From NCBI GenBank assembly GCA_903845055.1, contig CAIMWF010000147.1, positions 12,182 through 76,181 of the forward strand: DNA of 64,000 nucleotides, in the 5' to 3' direction. Shown here piece by piece: positions 57,708 through 64,000 of the stretch. The position numbers and the translations under genes are program-made. The first letter of the stretch is position 1. Every line of letters begins with the position of its first letter. Under the pieces are notes generated by a model, which saw nothing but the letters and a program-made list of their open reading frames with translations, searched no databases and was not told the origin of the DNA. This DNA comes from an uncultured Bacteroidales bacterium. GTDB lineage: Bacteria; Bacteroidota; Bacteroidia; Bacteroidales; FEN-979.

Positions 57708-59579
57708 TTACAGGCCGGGCAAACTGATCTCAAAACTGCTCCCTTTCCCCACTTCACTCCTGATCTGGATCTCCCCGTGATGCGCCAGCACGATGGCTTT
57801 CACGTAACTCAGACCGAGCCCGAATCCTTTGATGTTATGAATGTTCCCGGAGGTCACCCTGAAAAACTTGTCGAAGACCCGGCGTTGGGTCTCCTGCGAC
57901 ATCCCCAGCCCTTTGTCCTTTACGCTAAAATAGAATTTCCCCGACCGGTTAAAGGAGAATATCTCGATCTCAGGTTTGACGATTGAATATTTATTGGCAT
58001 TATCGAGGAGGTTCAGCAACACATTCCTGAGGTGGTCCTCATCACCCTGCACCATCGGGTGTTCAGCATCAAGGCGGGTGGTGATGCATCCTTCCCTTTT
58101 TTCAATCTGGAGCCGGTAGTGCCCCACTGCCTTGTCGATAAGGTTGTTCATGTCAATCGGCGCGGGCCGGAGATTAAAATCGCGGCTGTCGAGCAGGGCC
58201 ATCTGAAGGACTTGTTCCACCCGCGTATTCATGCGCGAATTCTCCTCCTTGATGATCCGGGTGAAATTCCTGATCTTGTCGGGTTCGGCGATCACCCGCG
58301 GGTTGGTGATGGAATCGGCCGCAATGGAGATGGTCGCGATCGGGGTCTTGAATTCGTGCGTCATGTTGTTGATGAAGTCGGTCTTGATATCCGATATTTT
58401 CTTCTGGCGGATCATGACGACAATGCTCGCACCCGAGGAGAGAATGATGATAAGGGTGAACAGTACCGAACCAAGCAGCAGGAGCGACAGCGACTTCAGT
58501 ACATGGGTTTTCTGATCCGGGAAATTGACCAGCAGCAGGTCGGGTTTCCTGAACAGGTCGTTCGGGAAGAGCGAAACCTTGTATTGCGCGCTGTTGTCGT
58601 CGCTGTTGAAACCGGCCGACCTGATGGGCATGTGGTTCGTATCGTTTGAGGGGATAAATACCGCAAACTCAAATGGCAGGTTGATTCCCTTGTCGGCAAA
58701 GGATTTGCCCAGGGTTGCCTGCAGGGTTCTTTTATTGATCCTCTGCTGGATCGGGGCGGGTTTTGTTTCGATGGCGATGGCCATCTGCTTGATGAAATCC
58801 TGGATTTTTTTCGCCTTGTTGTCCAGTTTCTGTAAATTGTCGTTCCTTAATGTTTTCCTGTTTATGTTTTCCTCTTTCGGATGCCGGTGCTGGCGATGCT
58901 GGTTGTACTGAGGCACAATATACCGGATGGAGGTAGCCCCGCCGGGACTTACCGTATCTATGATAATCTCACCTTCATTTTCTCCGGGGCCTGGCCTGTG
59001 TGCACCGGGCATCATCATGGCCTCCGGCGAATTCAGGTCCATCAGGGAATCGATCCTGCTGAACTGGTCGTTCCATTCAAAGCTGAACTCATCCATTTCG
59101 GCGGGCGGCATCTCCTGGAAGACCTGCTCCATGCTCACGGTCACCGAATCAATCCCATGCTGAATGGGTACGACATTGTACTGGTACGAATAATGGATCA
59201 CCCCGGCTGGCGGACCGCGATGATGGTCGGGTGTGGGCGGCGGGGGGGGCGGGAGGGGGTGCTTTCCGCGTGCGACGGGCATTTCGTTCAATGCCATCAG
59301 CGAATCGAGCCGTTCCTTGATGACCTGCGTGGTATCCTTTGTAAAGGCCTTCACGATGCGCATGATGCTGTCGCCTTCAAAGTTCCGGCTGATGAAATAC
59401 ATGTTTTCCCTTGCCTCGAGGTTTTCGACCACGCTGCCAAGTGCGTCGTTGACGCTGCGCGAAAATTGCGATTCCTTAACCTGGAATGCGTTGCGTATCC
59501 AGAAAAACTGGACGATAATAATCCCCAGCAGTGAGATGCAGATGGAGACGATCAGGATATACAGCAACTTTTTATTCAC
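57708..59579 (-). CDS. Membrane sensor histidine kinase (RprX-like) with Pro/His/Met-rich periplasmic insert
   Basis: Two TMs; FINNMTHEFKTP, NLLDNANKY, GFGLGL. GTG 59579 preferred. Confidence 0.9.
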   Translation of the reverse strand: MNKKLLYILIVSICISLLGIIIVQFFWIRNAFQVKESQFSRSVNDALGSVVENLEARENMYFISRNFEGDSIMRIVKAFTKDTTQVIKERLDSLMALNEMPVARGKHPLPPPPPPTPDHHRGPPAGVIHYSYQYNVVPIQHGIDSVTVSMEQVFQEMPPAEMDEFSFEWNDQFSRIDSLMDLNSPEAMMMPGAHRPGPGENEGEIIIDTVSPGGATSIRYIVPQYNQHRQHRHPKEENINRKTLRNDNLQKLDNKAKKIQDFIKQMAIAIETKPAPIQQRINKRTLQATLGKSFADKGINLPFEFAVFIPSNDTNHMPIRSAGFNSDDNSAQYKVSLFPNDLFRKPDLLLVNFPDQKTHVLKSLSLLLLGSVLFTLIIILSSGASIVVMIRQKKISDIKTDFINNMTHEFKTPIATISIAADSITNPRVIAEPDKIRNFTRIIKEENSRMNTRVEQVLQMALLDSRDFNLRPAPIDMNNLIDKAVGHYRLQIEKREGCITTRLDAEHPMVQGDEDHLRNVLLNLLDNANKYSIVKPEIEIFSFNRSGKFYFSVKDKGLGMSQETQRRVFDKFFRVTSGNIHNIKGFGLGLSYVKAIVLAHHGEIQIRSEVGKGSSFEISLPGL

Positions 59580-59617
59580 GGTACAAAAATAAGGAAAGCA
59601 TACAGTCAATTCGCAGG

Positions 59618-59655
59618 ATTAACTTTTCATTAACCAACATTAACGTTTTATTAAC
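59618..59655. promoter_or_regulatory. Four ATTAAC direct repeats at 11/10/11-bp spacing (putative OmpR-type boxes)
   Basis: Starts at 59618, 59629, 59639 and 59650 in a divergent intergenic region. Confidence 0.65.
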
Positions 59656-59714
59656 ATTTTCAGCCACTTACCCGTCTTAGATTTGCATTCACAAACTTAA
59701 TACAGGAGGGATCC

Positions 59715-60506
59715 ATGAAAACGTACCCGATTAACCTTAAAATGATGTTCATGCTGGCAGCTGCGGCGATGCTGGGGATTTTTATCACACGACCCGCTTA
59801 CGCGCAGGAAAACGGCGGCAGGGGATCGAAAAAAATTACCTTAAAGATTGTCAGCAATGACAACGGGAAAACGACGGTGATCGACACCACCATGACCTAT
59901 CCCGATTCTGTCATGACCGATTCGATAAGGAAAGAGGTTGACAAGGTAATGGAAATGGGCAGGGGCCACGGCCATGCCCGCATCAGGATGCATAAAATGC
60001 CGGAAGGATTTGATTACAATTTCGAAATGCCCTGCCCCGCCGACTGCCCGATGAGCATGAAAGATATGGAGGATTTCGACTTCGAAGGTATGATGCCGGG
60101 TGAAGATATGGAGCAGGAGATGGAACAGTTGGCGCCCATGATGAGACACCACATGACAAGGTCGGATGGCGGACGCCAGTCCCTGTCGGACATTTTAGGA
60201 GATATTCCCATGGACCGGGTTGAAAGTTATTCGATCAGGGATCACAAACATGGTAAAAGGATCGTCATCGACCTGAAGGAGGCCCCCATGTTTGAGCACC
60301 AGCAAAGGGTCATTTACATTCATGGTGACGGAAGAAATAACCATGCAGGCAACCACCCGCATCACAAGGTGAGGGTTTACGTCAATCCGGGTGATGATCA
60401 GAAGGTGGACAAATCACAGGATCAGGATGTGACGCCGCCACCTCCGCCGCCACCACCTCCTGCGGCACAGCCCGATAAGACCACAACCAAGAAACCCAAA
60501 ATCTAA
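59715..60506 (+). CDS. Secreted Met/His-rich hypothetical protein with poly-Pro tail
   Basis: Signal peptide ..AYA-Q; many Met and His; PPPPPPPPP. Confidence 0.75.
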   Translation: MKTYPINLKMMFMLAAAAMLGIFITRPAYAQENGGRGSKKITLKIVSNDNGKTTVIDTTMTYPDSVMTDSIRKEVDKVMEMGRGHGHARIRMHKMPEGFDYNFEMPCPADCPMSMKDMEDFDFEGMMPGEDMEQEMEQLAPMMRHHMTRSDGGRQSLSDILGDIPMDRVESYSIRDHKHGKRIVIDLKEAPMFEHQQRVIYIHGDGRNNHAGNHPHHKVRVYVNPGDDQKVDKSQDQDVTPPPPPPPPPAAQPDKTTTKKPKI

Positions 60507-60548
60507 TCACCCTCGTTCTTTATACCTACATTTGTTAGTAATGTGCGC

Positions 60549-60624
60549 AAAACTGCCGCCTGATTAGCGGCAGTTTTTTTTTTTGTAAAATAAAAAGCTG
60601 CCTGGTTTCCCGGGCAGCTTTTTG
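60549..60624. terminator. Two adjacent intrinsic terminators between convergent genes
   Basis: aaaactgccgc..gcggcagtttt and aaaagctgcctgg..ccgggcagcttttt. Confidence 0.8.
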
Positions 60625-60641
60625 TTGAGTTGGCAGTCAGT

Positions 60642-62435
60642 TTAGTACCTCTTGCGGGCAGTGTAGTGCGTGTGAAGAAGTTCATGCGATTTATGACCCA
60701 GCGGTTTTTCGAGGAATTCTTTGTATATCTCGGCAATTTCAGGGTTTTCGTGTGATTTGCGGATGGGCATTCCCATGTCCTCTTCGTAAATGGCCATTTT
60801 GCGTTTTGTGCGGATCTCCTTGTTGGTAGGGATTGGCTGCCCGCCACCACCCAGGCATCCGCCCGGGCAGGCCATGACTTCGATGAAATGATAGTTTGCC
60901 TTGCCATCCCTGACATTCTGCATGACGGTTTTGGCATGAGCCAGACCATTGGCCACCGCGCATTTCAGTTCAACACCTTCCAGGAAGCTCCACTCGGGTT
61001 TGACCTTTTCGATTTTGATGGTTGCTTCCCGCACCTCTCCTTCAGTTCCGCGGACAGGGGTGATGTTTAGCCCGTCGAACGGCACTTCGCGGCCGGTTAC
61101 GATCTCATATGCGGTACGCAGGGCAGCTTCCATGACACCTCCTGTTGATCCGAATATGACTGCAGCGCCGGAGGAGGTGCCCATGAAGCTGTCGAATTTT
61201 TCGTCGGGAAGTTCGTCGAATTCCAGTCCTGCCTGTTTGATCATGATCCCAAGTTCGCGGGTGGTCAGCACGTAATCGACATCCTTATACCCGCTTGAAC
61301 GCATTTCGGGGCGGTTGGCCTCGAATTTCTTCGCAGTGCAGGGCATGATGGAAACCGAAACCACATTCTTCGGATCGAGTTTGCGTTTCTGGGCATAATA
61401 GGTCTTGGCAAGGGCCCCGAACATCTGCTGGGGCGATTTGCAGGTTGACAGGTTAGGCAGGAATTCAGGGAACGTATGTTCAATGAATTTGATCCAGCCG
61501 GGAGAACATGAAGTTGCCATCGGGAGTGTCACGGTGGGATCTTTGTCCACCAGCGCTCTTTTCAGGCGGGTAAGCAATTCGTGACCCTCTTCAATAATGG
61601 TCAGGTCGGCCGTGAAATCGGTATCAAGCACCGAGGAAAAGCCCAGCCGTTTAAGCGCTGCGACCATTTTACCGGTAACGATTTTCCCGGTTGCCATTCC
61701 AAGGGCTTCGCCAAGGGCGACACGCACTGCCGGGGCCGTTTGCACGACTACGTGTTTGGTTGAATCGTAGATCGCATCCCATACCTGGTCGATATAGTTG
61801 CGTTCGATGAGGGCGCCGGTCGGGCAGCGGTTCACGCACTGGCCGCAATTGGTACATACGACTTCGAACAGCGGATGTTCATGAAAGGTGGAGATCTTCA
61901 TCTTGTCACCCTTATACGCTACACCAAGTGCACTGACGCTCTGCAGTTCCTCACAGGTGCGCACGCAGCGCTGACAACGGATGCAACGGCTGTCGTCCTT
62001 GATGATGGCCGTATTGAACATGTCGATGGTATATTTCTTGCCGGGAACCAGGTCAAGAAACAGGTGGTCGCCGGTGAGCATTTGTGAGGCCAGGCCCTGC
62101 AGTTCGCAGTTGCCGTTTTTGTAGCATTTGGTGCAATCGGCGTTGTGTTCGGATAGAAGCAACTCAACGATGTGTTTGCGTGCCATGCGCACCTTCATGC
62201 TGTTGGTGTGGATCACCATGCCCTCTGCTGCCGGGGTGGCGCAGGAAGCCGGCAGGTTTTTGACCTTTTCCTGTTCGACGACGCATACCCGGCAATTTCC
62301 GGCCACGCAAAGGTCTTCATGATAGCACAATGTGGGAATATGAATGTTCAGTTGGCGGGCGGCTTCAAGGATGGTGGCACCTTCATCCACCGAGATATTG
62401 ATGCCGTCGATTGTCAGATTAATTTTATTAGCCAT
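60642..62435 (-). CDS. hydA: [FeFe]-hydrogenase group A catalytic subunit (third complex)
   Basis: Start MANKINLTIDG at 62435; QTAPAVR, TSCSPGW, MPCTAKKFE, EVMACPGGCLGGGGQP. Confidence 0.92.
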   Translation of the reverse strand: MANKINLTIDGINISVDEGATILEAARQLNIHIPTLCYHEDLCVAGNCRVCVVEQEKVKNLPASCATPAAEGMVIHTNSMKVRMARKHIVELLLSEHNADCTKCYKNGNCELQGLASQMLTGDHLFLDLVPGKKYTIDMFNTAIIKDDSRCIRCQRCVRTCEELQSVSALGVAYKGDKMKISTFHEHPLFEVVCTNCGQCVNRCPTGALIERNYIDQVWDAIYDSTKHVVVQTAPAVRVALGEALGMATGKIVTGKMVAALKRLGFSSVLDTDFTADLTIIEEGHELLTRLKRALVDKDPTVTLPMATSCSPGWIKFIEHTFPEFLPNLSTCKSPQQMFGALAKTYYAQKRKLDPKNVVSVSIMPCTAKKFEANRPEMRSSGYKDVDYVLTTRELGIMIKQAGLEFDELPDEKFDSFMGTSSGAAVIFGSTGGVMEAALRTAYEIVTGREVPFDGLNITPVRGTEGEVREATIKIEKVKPEWSFLEGVELKCAVANGLAHAKTVMQNVRDGKANYHFIEVMACPGGCLGGGGQPIPTNKEIRTKRKMAIYEEDMGMPIRKSHENPEIAEIYKEFLEKPLGHKSHELLHTHYTARKRY

Positions 62436-62470
62436 ATCTTGTTGGTATATTTTCTTGTTAATACTTGGGA

Positions 62471-63637
62471 TTAGTAGATCATCTCTTCCTTGAAGTTGTT
62501 CACGATGGAGGAAAAGGAGTTGGCAACGGATTGACCCAGACCGCATTTTGCCGTGATCTTCATGCTTTCGCTCAGTTTCATGAGCTGATCGAGGTATATT
62601 GCTTTCTTTTCACCTTTCTTGACAGCGACAATGCCTTTCAGCAGCTGCTGACAGCCAACGCGGCAAGGGGTGCATTGTCCGCAGGATTCTTCCTCGAAAA
62701 ATTCGAGGTAGTTGTGCAGGACATTATACATGGACCGCGAGCTGTTAAAGATCATCATTGAGCCTCCGGTGGGCACGCCCTCGAAACCGATGACGGTGTC
62801 TTTGAATTTCTTGCGGGGTACGCAGAAGCCTGAAGCGCCTCCGACCTGCACGGCCTTTGTATCGCCGTCGCCGAACTCATCCACAAATTTGTCGAGGGGC
62901 ATCCCAAGTTCAAGTTCATAAATACCGGGGATGGGCGTGTCGCCTGAAACGGAGAATACTTTGGAACCACGGGAGTCGGTGGTACCGAGTTTGCGGTACT
63001 GATCCGGCCCGAGCCGCATGATCATCAATACGTTGACAAATGTTTCAACGTTGTTGATGACGGTCGGTTTTTTCATAAAACCGCTCGTGGTGGGGTAGGG
63101 GGGCTTGTTGCGGGGTTCACCGCGTCCGCCTTCCATCGATTCGAACAGGGCGCTCTCTTCACCGCAGATATAGGCACCCGATCCCATCCTGATTTCAATG
63201 GTAAAATCGAAACCAAGTTTTTTGGCATGCTCGTGGTAAATGGCAAGTTCCTTTACCAGTTCCGGAACCATGAACTTATACTCGCCCCTGAGGTACATGT
63301 AGCCTTTTTTAGCTCCGATTACCTTGCCGCAGATGGCCATTCCTGAGAAAACCTTGCGGGGAACGCGGTAAAGGATCTCGCGGTCTTTGAAGGTGCCGGG
63401 TTCGCCTTCGTCGGCATTGCAGACGACATACTTTTCATCACCAGGGGTTTCGGCCGTGTATTTCCACTTCATGGCTGTCGGGAACCCGGCGCCGCCGCGA
63501 CCGCGGAGACCTGAATCCAGGAGTTCCTGTAAAATCTCTTCATTTGTACGTTCCAGGGTAGTTGCTAACACCTTATATTTTTCGTTGGAATATTCCCCGA
63601 AGATTAAGTCAACTCTTTTAAGGGTTTGTTCTGACAT
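62471..63637 (-). CDS. hydB: Short NuoF-like subunit (388 aa), non-bifurcating-type motifs
   Basis: RGRGGAGFPT, NADEGEPGTFKDR, KPPYP, GGASG, ESCGQCTPCR; no extra Fe-S domains. Confidence 0.9.
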   Translation of the reverse strand: MSEQTLKRVDLIFGEYSNEKYKVLATTLERTNEEILQELLDSGLRGRGGAGFPTAMKWKYTAETPGDEKYVVCNADEGEPGTFKDREILYRVPRKVFSGMAICGKVIGAKKGYMYLRGEYKFMVPELVKELAIYHEHAKKLGFDFTIEIRMGSGAYICGEESALFESMEGGRGEPRNKPPYPTTSGFMKKPTVINNVETFVNVLMIMRLGPDQYRKLGTTDSRGSKVFSVSGDTPIPGIYELELGMPLDKFVDEFGDGDTKAVQVGGASGFCVPRKKFKDTVIGFEGVPTGGSMMIFNSSRSMYNVLHNYLEFFEEESCGQCTPCRVGCQQLLKGIVAVKKGEKKAIYLDQLMKLSESMKITAKCGLGQSVANSFSSIVNNFKEEMIY

Positions 63638-63660
63638 GACTGTTTCTCCTATTTTCTAAG

Positions 63661-64000
63661 TTATTTTTGAATATATTCGCTTATGATATCATGCACCTTT
63701 TCCGAGGTCAGGCCGCTGTATGGCGTGTCGTTGATCAGCATGGCCGGTCCTTCGTGGCACCATCCCAGGCAGTTGGTTTCGAGCAGGGTGAACTTCTTGT
63801 TCGGTGTGGTTTCGCCGACTTTGATCTTCAGCATGTCTTCCAGCGTCTGCACGATGGTTTTCTTGCCGTGCATGTCGCAGGTAATGGTTTTGCATACCCT
63901 GATGACATATTCGCCGCGGGGTTCGGTGTCGAGGAATGAATAAAAGGTGGCGGTTCCGTAAACCTGGGCAGCCGAAAGGTCAAGTTCCTTTGCGATATCG
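63661..64000 (-). CDS. hydC: NuoE-like subunit; 5' end outside the window
   Basis: The frame extends to the edge: AQVYGTATFYSFL..VCKTITCDM..NCLGWCHEGPAM. Confidence 0.88.
   Translation of the reverse strand, partial: DIAKELDLSAAQVYGTATFYSFLDTEPRGEYVIRVCKTITCDMHGKKTIVQTLEDMLKIKVGETTPNKKFTLLETNCLGWCHEGPAMLINDTPYSGLTSEKVHDIISEYIQK

Noticed and set aside
42050-63637. NuoE/NuoF genes as respiratory complex I
   Set aside because: No membrane nuo subunits are present, and each pair is adjacent to an H-cluster protein.

Overview
64 kb of an anaerobic Bacteroidota (Bacteroidales-like) chromosome, judged by TAnnTTTG promoters, T9SS C-terminal domains and gene content. Region 1-14.5 kb holds housekeeping and envelope genes: a fused aconitase-family dehydratase, an isocitrate/isopropylmalate-family dehydrogenase, a CCA enzyme, miaA and a permease. 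Region 14.8-25.4 kb is an AT-richer island at a tRNA-Met(CAT) with no intact integrase. It has two extra copies of the tRNA 3' end, two toxin-antitoxin pairs each preceded by the same ~190-bp non-coding element, T9SS cargo, a LytTR/LytS pair and an IPTL-CTERM protein. Region 25.5-36 kb carries an aldehyde dehydrogenase, uvrA, an ECF sigma factor, rplS, trmD and a RibF-like gene. Region 36-64 kb is an unusually dense [FeFe]-hydrogenase locus with three NADH-linked complexes (a divergent HydABC, a bifurcating-type HndABCD and a non-bifurcating-type HydABC). It also encodes three sensory-type hydrogenases (histidine-kinase fusion, PAS/phosphatase-linked, group D-like), a phosphorelay ending at rex, and paired Rex-like operators in three promoters. 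All calls come from reading motifs by eye; no database searches were run.
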